DNA of 64,000 nucleotides from Mobula hypostoma (GCF_963921235.1 NC_086108.1:8618001-8682000); one strand, 5' to 3'; positions 13,007-25,362 are shown, counted from the stretch's first letter. The notes: generated by a model not told the origin, from the letters alone. Translations and numbers: made by a program.

Positions 13007-15713
13007 TAGAAACGTAGAAAATAGGTGCAGGAGTAGGCCATTCGGCCCTTCGAGCCTGCACCGCCATTTCTTATGATAATGGCTGATCCTCCAACTCAGA
13101 ACCCCGCCCCAGCCTTCCCTCCATACCCCCTGAACCCCGTAGCCACAAGGGCCATATCTAACACCCTCTTAAATATAGCCAATGAACTGGCCTCAACTGT
13201 TTCCTGTGGCAGAGAATTCCACAGATTCACCACTCTCTGTGTGAAGAAGTTTTTCCTAATCTCGGTCCTAAAAGGCTTCCCCTCTATCCTCAAACTGTGG
13301 CCCCTCGTTCTGGACTTCCCCAACATCAGGAACAATCTTCCTGCATCGAGCCTGTCCAATCCCTTTAGGATCTTATACGTTTCAATCAGATCCCCCCTCA
13401 ATCTTCTAAATTCCAACGAGTACAAGCCCAGTTCATCCAGTCTTTCTTCATATGAAAGTCCTGCCATCCCAGGAATCAATCTGGTGAACCTTCTTTGTAC
13501 TCCCTCTATGGCAAGGATGTCTTTCCTCAGATTAGGGAACCAAAACTGCACACAATACTCCGGGTGTGGTCTCACCAAGGCCTTGTACAACCGCAGTAGT
13601 ACCTCCCTGCTCCTGTACTCGAATCCTCTCGCTATAAATGCCAGCATACCATTCGCCTTTTTCACCGCCTGCTGTACCTGCATGCCCACTTTCAATGACT
13701 GGTGTATAATGACCCTCCCCTTTTCCTAATCGGCCACCATTCAGATAATAATCTGTTTTCCTATTTTTGCCACCAAAGTGGATAACTTCACATTTATCCA
13801 CATTAAATTGCATCTGCCATGAATTTGCCCACTCACCCAACCTATCCAAGTCACCCTGCATCCTCTTAGCATCCTCCTCACCGCTAACACTGCCACCCAG
13901 CTTCGTGTCATCCGCAAACTTGGAGATGCTGCATTTAATTCCCTCATCCAAGTCATTAATATATATTGTAAACAACTGGAGTCCCAGCACTGAGCCTTGC
14001 GGTACCCCACTAGTCAATGCCTGCCATTCTGAAAAGGTCCCGTTTATTCCCACTCTTTGCTTCCTGTTGCTAACCAATTCTCCACCCACACCAATACCTT
14101 ACCCCCAATACCGTGTGCTTTAAGTTTGCACACTAATCTCCTGTGTGGGACCTTGTCAAAAGCCTTTTGAAAATCCAAATATACCACATCCACTGGTTCT
14201 CCCCTATCCACTCTACTAGTTACATCCTCCAAAAATTCTATGAGATTCGTCAGACATGATTTTCCTTTCACAAATCCATGCTGACTTTGTCCGATCATTT
14301 CACCGCTTTCCAAATGTGCTGTTATCACATCCTTGATAACTGACTCCAGCGGTTTCCCCACCACCGACGTTAGGCTAACCGGTCTATAATTCCCCGGTTT
14401 CTCTCTCCCTCCTTTTTTAAAAAGTGGAGTTACATTAGCCACCCTCCAATCCTCAGGAACTAGTCCAGAATCTAATGAGTTTTGAAAAATTATCACTGAT
14501 CCATCCACTACTTCTTGGGCTACTTCCTTAAGCACTCCAGGATGCAGACCATCTGGCCCTGGAGATTTATCTGCCTTCAATCCCTTCAATTTACCTAACA
14601 CCACTTCCCTACTAACATGTATTTCGCTCAGTTCCTCCATCTCACTGGACCCTCTGTCCCCTACTATTTCTGGAAGATTATTTATGTCCTCCTTAGTGAA
14701 GACAGAAGCAAAGTAATTATTCAATTGGTCTGCCATGTCCTTGCTCCCCATAATCAATTTTCACCTGTTTCTGTCTGCAGGGGACCTACATTTGTCTTTA
14801 CCAGTCTTTTCCTTTTTACATATCTATAAAAGCTTTTACAGTCCGTTTTTATGTTCCCTGCCAGTTTTCTCTCATAATCTTTTTTCCCCTTCCTAATTAA
14901 GCCCTTTGTCCTCCTCTGCTGAACTCTGAATTTCTCCCAGTCCTCAGGTGAGCCACTTTCTCTGGCTAATTTGTATGCTTCTTCTTTGGAATTGATACTA
15001 TCCCTAATTTCGCTTGTCAGCCACGGGTGCACTACCTTCCTTGATTTATTTTTTTGCCAAACTGGGATGAACAATTGTTGTAGTTCATCCATGCAACCTT
15101 TAAATGCTTGCCATTGCATATCCACCGTCAATCCTTTAAGTGTCATTTGCCAGTCTATCTTAGCTAATTCACGTCTCATACCTTCAAAGTTACCCCTCTT
15201 TAAGTTCAGAACCTTTGTTTCTGAATTAACTATGTCACTCTCCATCTTAATGAAGAATTCCACCATATTATGGTCACTCTTACCCAAGGGGCCTCTCACG
15301 ACAAGATCGCTAATTAACCCTTCCTCATTGCTCAAAACCCAGTCCAGAATAGCCTGCTCTCTAGTTGGTTCCTCGACATGTTGGTTCAAAAAACCATCCC
15401 GCATACATTCCAAGAAATCCTCTTCCTCAGCACCTTTACCAATTTGGTTCACCCAATCTGCATGTAGATTGAAGTCACCCATTATAACTGCTGTTCCTTT
15501 ATTGCACACATTTCTAATTTCCTGTTTAATACCATCTCTGACCTCACTACTACTGTTAGGTGGCCTGTACACAACTCCCACCAGCGTCTTCTGCCCCTTA
15601 GTGTTACGCAGCTCTACCCATACTGATTCCACATCTTCCCGGCTTATGTCCTTCCTTTCTATTGCATTAATCTCTTCTTTAACCAGCAACGCCACCCCAC
15701 CTCCCCTTCCTTC
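13007..15713 (-). mobile_element. Young CR1 LINE, ORF2 from mid-APE endonuclease through RT to 3'UTR, with several frameshifts
   Basis: ORFs 14754-15875 (GGGVAL, VYRPP, MGDFN, SDH), 14044-14757, 13532-14089 ([15 protein letters not shown]) and 13096-13695. Confidence 0.93.
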
Positions 15714-16251
15714 TCTGTCGTTAATTTGGGGTTTCTTCTGATTCTTCTGCAGAGAATAAGAATTCCAGGTTGTATATTGTACACATTCTCTGATATTAAG
15801 TGGAACTATTGAACTATTTTGTTCAAGAGCCGGATGGTTGAGGGGTAGGAACTGTTCTTGAACCTGGTGGTGCAAGAGCTGTGGCTCGTGTACCTTCTAC
15901 CTGATGGCAGCAGCGAGAAGAGAGAATGGCCTGGGTGGTGGGGGTCTCTGATGATGGATGCTGCTTTCCCATGACAGTAATTTTTCCACTTTAGAGGTAG
16001 TATGGTGATGAGAGTCGGTACTGGTGCCCTCAGACAGAGACCTGAGTGTTCTGGTCTCCTTATTTAGCCATGTATAATATAGATTCCCTATTTTACAATA
16101 TAATTGGAAGCCCTCCAGAAGGGATTAAGGGATAATTCCTAGAAAGGCTTGTTCTCTGTTAACAAATGACTCAAAAAAAAATAGATGTATACTCTTTGGA
16201 GGGTAGAGGAATGAGGGGAAGAAATGAGGCAATTAGGGACAGGGCAGGATA

Positions 16252-16375
16252 CACTGGTCAACTATTATTTTCCAAAAGCATTGCTTCCTCCAAATTTTTT
16301 TTTTTGTTTATGATAGACGGCTAGAAGCTGAACACAAATATAATTTCAGACTACTTGTATCACGTAGGAATATTT
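16252..16375. mobile_element. Second Chapaev3-like terminal fragment
   Basis: Starts cactggtcaac; tgatagac..gaagctgaacacaaatata..ttgtatca.gtaggaa matches 6027-6087; a related piece reappears near 17275-17298. Confidence 0.55.
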
Positions 16376-16702
16376 GTAGACTACTTACAGCCCAGGAAAG
16401 ACAGGGCGTCAGTATCTGAGGCGACAGCCGATTTGTCTCACTCTCCCACGCTGTTTGCTTCTCTCTCCATGGTCATGAAGACTGCCCGGCCTGCTGTGCT
16501 CCATGCCGGCGACTGCGATGAACTGATAAGCAAGGCTTTGGGCCTACTCTGGGGTGTGGATCTGAGGACTCAATTTGGTTCAGAGGGTTGTTGCTCTCTT
16601 CTATTATTTGCCTGATTTGAGTTTTTTGTCCTTTCTCTTGTGAATTGGGTGTTGGTCTTCAATTTATTTTTAATTGGGTTCTTTCGAGTTTCTTGCTTTG
16701 TG

Positions 16703-17222
16703 CAGGCATCCCACCCTGCAAAAACTCATTTCAGGGAGGTAGCACCATCAATTTGCGGGAGACTTCCGGGAGAGTTGGGATGTCTGCAATAGAGTAGCTC
16801 CTTAGCAGCTGGCCAGCTAGTTTAAATAACGTTAGCTATGCTAATGAACGAATGACAACTGTTAAACTCACCTCAACATGTCTTTTACAGTCTTTACCCA
16901 CCATGGGCAATGGAAAAGTCACTGTTGCAAACAGTGCAGCGAGCAACACTGTCATTATTTTTGACCCCAATTAGGCAGGGGTACACTTTAGTGTAGTCTG
17001 GGGTGACGTACGTTTTATATATATTTTGGAACACTCTGCAATGGCACGCTCTCGCTCGCGCTCTCTCTCTCTCGTGGTCGCTCTCACGCTCTCTCTTGCT
17101 TTTCTATCACTCGCTCTCAAAAAAATTGATTTCTGTGATATTGTATATAATTTGCGGGCATCAGGGAGCCACTATTAATATGAGGGAGACTCCCGGAAGT
17201 TCCGGGAGAGGTGGGATGTCTG
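16703..17222. mobile_element. Non-autonomous DNA transposon (unclassified) with 6-bp TSD
   Basis: TIRs caggcatcccacc / ggtgggatgtctg; tttgtg duplicated at 16697-16702 and 17223-17228. Confidence 0.7.
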
Positions 17223-17304
17223 TTTGTGGCCTGTAAGCAGTCAGATTTGAGGGTTGTATAATTGTACGTCATGGTGGTTTTCATGATCAGCAGCCCAACG
17301 TGCC

Positions 17305-17745
17305 AGAATTAAGAGGAGGAGGGGGAAGAGGCTAGTTGGAAGGCGATAGCTGAAGCCAGATGCAGGGTGGGGGAAGGCCAAGGGGAAGCAGGATAGGAGA
17401 GAGAAGCAAGGGAGGGTGGAGGGAACCCAGGGGGAAGTAATAAGCAGGTGAGAAGAAGTGAAAGGTCAGAGTGGGGAATAGAGGAGGGGGGAGCGTGGAG
17501 ATTTGTTTACCAGAAGGAGAAATTGATGTTCATGCCATCCAGTTGAATGGGATATAAGGTGTTGCTCCTCTACTCTTGTCTTGGCACAAGAGGAGGCCAT
17601 GGATCGACACCTCAGAATGGGAATCAGAAAATGCTTGGCATCCGAGAAGTCCTGCTTGTAGCGGGTGGTGCGGGGGGGGGGGTGTGATGAAGCAGTCCCC
17701 CAGCTTATGACGGGTTTCACCAGTGTAGAAGAGTCCCCACAGGAC
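17305..17745 (-). mobile_element. Degenerate Penelope-like fragment
   Basis: Minus ORF ...AKTRVEEQHLI... plus purine tract equivalent to the PLE tail. Confidence 0.6.
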
Positions 17746-19378
17746 TACAGCCGATGGTTTACCTCTCGAAAGGAGCTACAAGGCTTGGGCTGCAGTTCCT
17801 TGGTTATGTATTTACGTATTTAGGGATACAGCTTGCCCCAGTGAGCCGCGCCGCCCAGCAACCCCTGATTCATAGCTTATCTGGGTTGTTCTGTGACTCA
17901 TTGTAGGCCTCGTTCAGCTTGTGATTAAAAGTCTGAATTGGACGGTCAGCGATGACTACGTTTATGGCTGTTTGCTGACGACAGGGCCGAGCAGAGGTTA
18001 CTCCATCCGTGATCACACACTAATCACAGCACAGCAGAACAACGATTCTGTACCGGCTGGGCGTGAGAGCCAGCCGGTCACCAACACCACATTCTCACAG
18101 ATTCCTTCACTCTAACTCCATCGTAAACACTGCAGTGGACGTCGAAACATACGGTGAGATGTGTCGATTGCATCAACGACCAACACGGTCCAAGGATGTG
18201 CTGGGGGCAGCCCGCAAGTGTTGCCACGCTTCCAGTTCCAACAGAGCTCGTTCACAATTGACTAACCCCAACCTGTACATCTTAGAACACAGAATGGCAC
18301 AACACACCTATTTAACCCTAACCCTAGCGTAGGCCATTTGGCCTGTGATGTTGCATCAACCTGTTAACCTTCTCTAAGATCAATCTTATCCTTCCCTCCC
18401 ACATCCATATGTTGTTTCTTAAGTGTCCCTAATGTATCTGCTTGTACCACCACATCTAGCAGTGTGTTCCACAACCCCCACTGTGTAAAAAGTCTACTTC
18501 TGACACACATCCCCCCCATACTTTCCTCCAATCGCCTTAAAATTATGCCCCCTGGTCTTAGCCGTTTCTGCCCGGGAAGTAAGTGTCTATCCATGCTCGA
18601 TCTGTACCCCTTATCGTCATGTACACCTGAACTCTTGTGCTCCCACGTCATTGGAATAGAATGATAAAGAAGTACGTGCAGGAAAGCCCTTTGGCCCATC
18701 TAGTCCATGCTGACCCTTTTTGAAATGTATGGCCCACTACAGGAGACATCCTCTCCACACCCACTCTATCTAGGTCTTTCCATATTCGATAGGTTTCAAA
18801 GAGATTCTCCCTCTCATTCTTCTGAACTCCAGCGAGTACAGGCCCAGAGCCATCAAACGCTCCTCATACGTTAACCCTTTCGTTCACGGAATCTTTCTCA
18901 TGCACCTGCAAGAAACCCACGCGGTCACGGGGAGAACGTACAAACTCCTTACGGTCAGCCGGAGGAATCGAACCCCAGTCGGTGATCAGATACGCCAGCC
19001 GCTACGCTGCTGTGCTGCCCACAATTGGTTCCATTACTCTCCCTGACGGAGAATCAGGATTGGGGGCATCTCTTGTGAAATGTGTTGTCTTTGCAGCAGC
19101 AGTAGCTGTACATTGCAATACATAATAACAGAACAAAGACATGACCTGGGTGATGAGGTTCCTTTAAGATAGACACTGCTTTTTTGAGGCATCACTCCTT
19201 GAAGATGTCATGGATACTACGGAGGCTGGTGCCCAGGATGGAGCTGACTATGTTTACAATCTCTGCAGCTTATTTTGATCCTGTGCCATGCCCCCACCCC
19301 CATCCCGTACCAAATGTGATGCAGCCAGTTAGAATGCTCTTCACAGTATATCATATACACTTTTGAGTGTTTTTGAAG

Positions 19379-20186
19379 TGTCACGTACCCCGTGACGGGT
19401 TAAAGATCCAGCAGAAATGGAGAACACTTTGGAGTCCAGTATTGCTATTAACTAATGGTATTTATTAGTAACTACACAATACAGGAATATAAAATGCAGA
19501 TATATCAAACAGGTTAGCAATGATTATATATATATAAGTGTGTAAATATATGAAAACCAAGCTTCTTCGAGTCTAGGGGTAAATAGATAGTCTTACAATG
19601 ATGAGTAAAGTTCAGTTCAGTTCGTGGTATTGAGTTGAGAGGTGATGGAGAGAGAGAGGGGGAGAGATTCGAGTCTTTAGGTGAGCTGACGCCATCAATC
19701 TTCCCATTGTCCTCCGAAATCCTTTAGAAGTCACTGACTGTGACCACAACAAAGGGGACCGTTCTTCTGTGGTGGAATTATCAACCCAGGCGAGGGTTGG
19801 ACACACGAATAACTCCCCACCGGTCACACCCTTTTCACACTGCGAAAGCCACTGATGGATCCGCCTGATCGCACCTCCAAAACCCACCTTTTCGGTGGGC
19901 ACAACAAAGCTCATTCAGTGTCCAAAACCATGTGTCTCCAGGTGTAACAGCTGACCTTCTATTTATCTCACCATGCTGAATACCAACTGTCCATCAAGCA
20001 GCTCCTCCCCTCTCTGTAAGAACTTGGAAGCTGCCAGTGTCCTTGCAGAAGTGTAAACATGCTGTGAGCAGTCTTCGCCTCTCTCTCTTTCTTTCTCTCT
20101 CTTTTGAACAAGGTGACTGTGTTCCACAACTCTCTCTCTCTCTTTTGAAAGCACAGTTCATAGGGGTAATTCAGGACCCCGTCACA
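19379..20186 (-). mobile_element. Solo LTR (Gypsy-like)
   Basis: TG...CA ends (tgtcacg...cgtcaca); 4-bp TSD gaag at 19375-19378 and 20187-20190; minus-strand AATAAA near 19461; interrupts a Rex1-type fragment. Confidence 0.8.
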
Positions 20187-21174
20187 GAAGACATACCAAA
20201 TCTCCTCAAACTTCCAATGAAATATAGTCACTGCCGTGCATCGATATGTTGGGTCCAGGTTCGATCCTCACAGATACTGACACCCAGGATTTTAAAAGCA
20301 TTCGAGTTCCCCAACTTTTCACTAAACTTTGATTCCAGTTTGTCCCTTTGCTCCTGTGCCCATCACCCTGCAGTTCTCAAATGAAAACACACATTTCGGT
20401 GACAATCAGGGCAGATGTTTGTCCGAACCTGTTGGAGGAATTGAAAGAGGAAATGAAGAAATGGACATATGAGAAAAGTTCCCCCAGTTTGTAAAGTTTG
20501 TGGTCCTGGCTGATTGATGACTGCTGTAGGCTTGGAATATTGTTTGGTTTAATATTGACCATAGGACACTGGAGCAGAAATAGACCATTCAGCCCATCGA
20601 GTCTGTTCCACCGTTCCATCATGGCTGATTTATTGTCCCTTTCAACCCATTCTCCTGCCTTCTCCCCATAATCTTTGACACCCTGATTAATCAAGAGCCC
20701 ATCAACCTCCACTTTAAACACAGCCAATGATTTGGCCTCTACAACTAACTGTGGCAATTAATTCCACAGATTTACCACTCTCTGGCTGAAGAAATTCCTC
20801 CCCATCTCTGTTCTAAGTGGACATCCCTCTGTTCTGTGCCCTCTGGTCCTAGACTCAAGGCAGCAGAGGTCTGAGATCAGAGTTTTCCTTCTCCTAGATG
20901 AGGTGTCAACCATGTCTGATGAGCCCCATCTGCCCGAAGCGACTGGTTTTAAGGCACCAGCAACCCACCTTTGCCCCTCCTCATGTCGGTAGAAACGGTT
21001 CTGCCGGGCTTAGTAGCTTAGCCACACGTGAAGGCCCAGAGCTGGAGTTGATTGTCAGAGGCAATTTGAGGTGCGCACCATTGGGAACATTTCATAAGTA
21101 GTGGGAGCTTGTCCCCATTACCACTACACCTCCCCCCCCCCCGGCAGTTTTGACAACTTTAAGGAGCATCTAAA

Positions 21175-21660
21175 GGTGTTGGAGGAGCACATCCCATCTG
21201 AGTAGCCTCCAACCTGATGGCATGAACACTGGTTTCTCGAACCCTCCTCTCCTTTTCCATTTCCCCATTCTTCTTTCCCTTTCTCACCTTCTCTCCTTAC
21301 CTGCCCATCACCTCCCTCTGGTACTCCTCCCTCTTCCCTTTCTTCCATGGTTTTCTCTCCTTTCCTATCAGATCTCCCTCCTCCAGCCCTTTATCCCTTT
21401 TATCAATCACATTCCCAGCGCTTACTTCACCCCATCCCCCTCTCCTGGTTTCACCTATCGCCCATCACCTTGGTCTTCTTCCTCCCCTCCTCCCACCTTC
21501 CGGCTCTGACTTAATTTTTCTTTTCCCCTGTCCTGAAGAAGGGTCTCAGCCCAAAACGTCGACTGTTCACTCTTTTCCATGGCTGCTGCCTGGCCTGCTG
21601 AGTTCCTCCAGCATTTTGTGTGTGGTGCTTGGAATTCCAGTATCTGCAGATTTGCTCATG
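21175..21660 (+). mobile_element. Penelope-like 3' fragment with degenerate hammerhead (~21529-21564)
   Basis: ttggaggagcac..agcctccaacctgatggcatgaac; ctgaagaagggtctcagcccaaaacgtcgactg (GAAA mutated). Confidence 0.7.
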
Positions 21661-21689
21661 ATTAAAGGCTCGTTGATTTAATATGGCCA

Positions 21690-22097
21690 AATTGTTAGTT
21701 TGGAGAAAATTAGAAGTCGAACCTTTGAACCTTTATTTGACTTTGAGAAAAGATGGGGCTCATTTGCTCGCTATTATCATTTGAGTTAATTGATATAATT
21801 TTTCCATGATCTAATTGTAAATTTTTTAGTCTATTTTCTTTTCTTGCTGGCGGTTTGATGTTTATTTTTAGAAGCTTCTTGTATGACGCATGACTCTGGG
21901 GTTGTACACCTAATGGGTTCTTTCTTTTTCTCTCACTTTTCTGCTTAGTAGGTTTTTTTTGTTATCACAAAATTTTGTTTCAATCTTTAAGATAATGTTT
22001 TTTTTTGAGGCATTGTAAGTGTTGTTACTTCTATGTACTCATGTTATTTTTCCTGTATAATATAACAATAAAAAGATTTGAAAAGAAAAAGAAAAAA
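21690..22097 (+). mobile_element. L1/Tx1-like LINE extreme 3' end with A-rich tail
   Basis: LEKIRSRTFEPLFDFEKRWGSFARYYHLS*, T-rich UTR, aataaa plus A-rich tail, flanking tggcca repeats (21684-21689, 22102-22107). Confidence 0.55.
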
Positions 22098-22564
22098 TTT
22101 TTGGCCACGGCCAAGCCTGCGAGTCTCCGTGAGGCTGCCCATGTCTGCTGGAGGGCATGAGGTCTGTCCTGGGTGTTTAAGTTTTGTAACTTCAAAACGT
22201 TAAATTAATTCAAGGGAAACATGGGAATCGGGGAATGCAGGTTTAGGCGAGGCGTGCACATATCACATGGTAGCATGATGAAGTAGGCAATGAACATATT
22301 TATACCTGTAACCCGTAATGAATTATTTAAACAACTGACAATGGGGTTAGAGGACTGTGTATATACGTTGGTGGGAGGGAGGAACGGGGCTTGTTGTGCT
22401 GTTGTTGTTTTGTTGCTTACTGCGTCCTGTGTTGCTCTGCCGAGCATTGTGGCCGTGCTCTGTTGACACCGGAATGTGTGGCAGCACTCGCGGGCTTCCC
22501 CCAGCACATCGTCAGGTTGTGTTGGTTGTTTATGTAAACGACACTTTCCACTGTATGTTGTACA

Positions 22565-22878
22565 GTGAGGGCACGGGCCAAGTGGTTAAGGCATTGGACT
22601 AGCGACCTGAAGGTCGTGAGTTCGAGCCCCAGCTGAGGGAATGTGTTGTATCCTTGAGCAAGGCACTTAACCACACATTGCTCTGCGATGACACTGGTGC
22701 CAAGCTGTATGGGTTCTAATGCCCTTCCCTTGGACAACATTGGTGTCGTGGAGAGGGGAGACTTGCAGCATGGGCAACTGCCAGTCTTCCATACAACCTT
22801 GCCCAGGCCTGCGCACTGGAGAGTGAAGACTTTCCAGGCACAGATCCATGGTCACGCAAGACTAACGAATGCCTTTAC
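22565..22878 (+). mobile_element. tRNA-derived SINE
   Basis: A box (ggccaagtggttaagg), B box (gagttcgagccc); TSD ttgtaca at 22558-22564 and 22879-22885; paralogues at 27942 and 45573. Confidence 0.85.
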
Positions 22879-23230
22879 TTGTACATAATCTTGAATTATC
22901 AGAATTAAATCTGAGGGCTAGAACACACATCTGTTGGGAAGGTAAGGATTAGTCAAAGTTCAAGGTAAATTTATTGTCAAACCAGATATACATCACCACC
23001 TGAGATTCATTTTCTTGCAGGCATTCACAGTAGATACAAAGAAACACCACAGAATCAATGAAATCCCATACACAAGACAGGCAAACAACCCATGTCCAAA
23101 AGACAACCAACTGCAAATAGAAAAAGAAAAAATATATATAATAATGAACAAACAAGCAATAAATATCGAGAACATGAGAAGAAAAGTCCTAGAAAGTGAG
23201 TCCATAGGTGGTGGGAACAGTTCAGAGTTG

Positions 23231-23511
23231 TGGTGAGTGAAGTTATCCCCTCTGGTTCAGGAGCCTGATGGTTGAGGGGTAGTAACTGTTCCTGAACCTG
23301 GTGGTGTGGGACCTGAGGCTCATTGTAGTGAGTGAAGTTATCCCCTCTGGTTCAGGAGCCTGATGGTTGTGGAGTAATAACTGTTCTTGAACCTGGTGGT
23401 GTGGGACCTGAGGCTCATTGTGGTGAGTGAAGTTATCCCCTCTGGTTCAGGAGACTGATGGTTGAGGGGTAGTAACTGTTCCTGAACCTGGTGGTGCAAA
23501 TCCTGAGGCTC
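23231..23511 (-). repeat. ~3 copies of 95-bp unit derived from a Rex1/Babar-type LINE 3' end
   Basis: Repeated gtgagtgaagttatcccctctggttcaggag.ctgatggttg...cctgaggctc. Confidence 0.85.
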
Positions 23512-24806
23512 CTGTAACTCCATCCTAATGGCAGCAGTGAGAAGAGAGCATGGCCTGGGTGGTGGGGGTCCCTGATGAGGGATGTTGCTTTCCTGCAACA
23601 GCATTTCATGCAGATGTGCTCAGTGGTGGGGTGGGCTTTACCCGTGACGGACTGGGTCGTATCCACTATGTTTTGTAGGCTTTTCTGTTCAAGGGCCTTG
23701 GTGTTTCCATTCCAGGCTGTGAGGGAAAGTCAGCAAGGTACTTATTAAGGGAGAGTTGTGTCTGACTAACTGGGGAGGTATTGGTTTAACATTGTCACAT
23801 AGACTGAGAGACACGGTCAGAAGCCTTTTTCTGCGTACTGTCCACACAGACCATTCTCAATATCTGTACACTGCGGTGGTACAAAAGGAAAACGGAACAG
23901 AGTGTGTTCGATTACAGATGCAGTGCAGGTGGGCAAGGGAAATGAAAAGGCCACCATGAGGTAAATTGGGAAAGTGAGTTCATCCTCATTGTACGAAATG
24001 TCCATCCAAGAGTCTGACAGCAGTGTGATAGAAGCTGTCTTCAAGCCTGGTGTTACGTGCTTTCAGGCTTTTGTGTCTTCTGCCCGATGGAAGAGGGAGA
24101 AGAGGGAATGTCCAGGATCAGCCAGGTCTTTGATTATTTATTGATTGATTGGGATACAGCACAGAACAGGCCCTTCTGGCCCTTCGAGCTGCGCTGCCCA
24201 GCAATCCCCCAGTTTAATCCCAGTCTAATCACGTGACAATTTACAATGACCAATCACCCTACAAATCGGTACGTCTTTGGATTGTGGAAGGGAACTGGAG
24301 CGCTTGGAGGAAACTCACACAGTCACGGGGAGAGTGTACATACTCTTTCCTGACAGCGGCAGGAATTACGTTGGCTGCTTTCCTGGGACATCAGGAAGCG
24401 TAGGTGAGTCCTGTTTTACAACAATTGTGCGTCAACTAGCAGGAGGATCTCAACCCCCCAACTGGCGTTTGACCAACGGCCACCTTCCCTGCCAAGATGG
24501 AGGCCTCTCTGATGCTTGGAGGTGCCAGACTCTCCTCTCGAGTATCTGTTCTGCCGGGTTTGTCTGGTGAACCTGAGATCACTAATTAGCTCAAAACATC
24601 ATTCATTGCTGCAGTCGTGCCCACAGAGTTCACCCTCAAGCAATCACTTAAGTCCATCACCCCTACTGGGGCATAGGCTGCTGACAGGAGCCCTCCGTCC
24701 ATCCTCTGTCCTGGGCCAGTTTTTCAAGTCGAAGGCCCTTCCTCCCCCCAGGGTCGAGGGCCGGTTCCGCTCACTGCCGCACAGCACTTACTCAACTCTA
24801 CGCTGC

Positions 24807-25362
24807 ACCAACGCCGGGGCTGGTCCGGGCTGCGAGCTCCCCGATGATCTGCCCCCAGTGTGATGAACCGACGCTGGGGCTGGTCCGAGCTGCGAGCTCC
24901 CCGATGATCTGCCCCCAGTGTGATGAACCGACGCCGGGGCTGGTCCGAGCTGCGAGCTCCCCGATGATCTGCCCCCAGTGTGATGAACCGACGCCGGGGC
25001 TGGTCCAAGCTACGAGCTCCCCGATGATCTGCCCCCAGTGTGATGAACCGACGCCGGGGCTGGTCCAAGCTACGAGCTCCCCGATGATCTGCCCCCAGTG
25101 TGATGAACCGACGCCGGGGCTGGTCCAAGCTACGAGCTCCCCGATGATCTGCCCCCAGTGTGATGAACCGACGCCGGGGCTGGTCCGAGCTGCGAGCTCC
25201 CCGATGATCTGCCCCCAGTGTGATGAACCAACGCCGGGGCTGGTCCGAGCTGCGAGCTCCCCGATGATCTGCCCCCAGTGTGATGAACCGACGCCGGGGC
25301 TGGTCCGAGCTGCGAGCTCCCCGATGATCTGCCCCCAGTGCGATGAACCGACACCGAGGCTG
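24807..25362. repeat. 60-bp CpG-rich minisatellite, ~9.3 copies
   Basis: Unit acgccggggctggtccgagctgcgagctccccgatgatctgcccccagtgtgatgaaccg; register is obvious in the 60-nt lines. Confidence 0.97.

Noticed and set aside
14971..15741. 256-aa + strand ORF (also 13073-13729)
   Set aside because: Antisense shadows of the CR1 ORF2 on the minus strand
22565..22640. tRNA gene
   Set aside because: It is the head of a ~310-bp TSD-bounded SINE present three times
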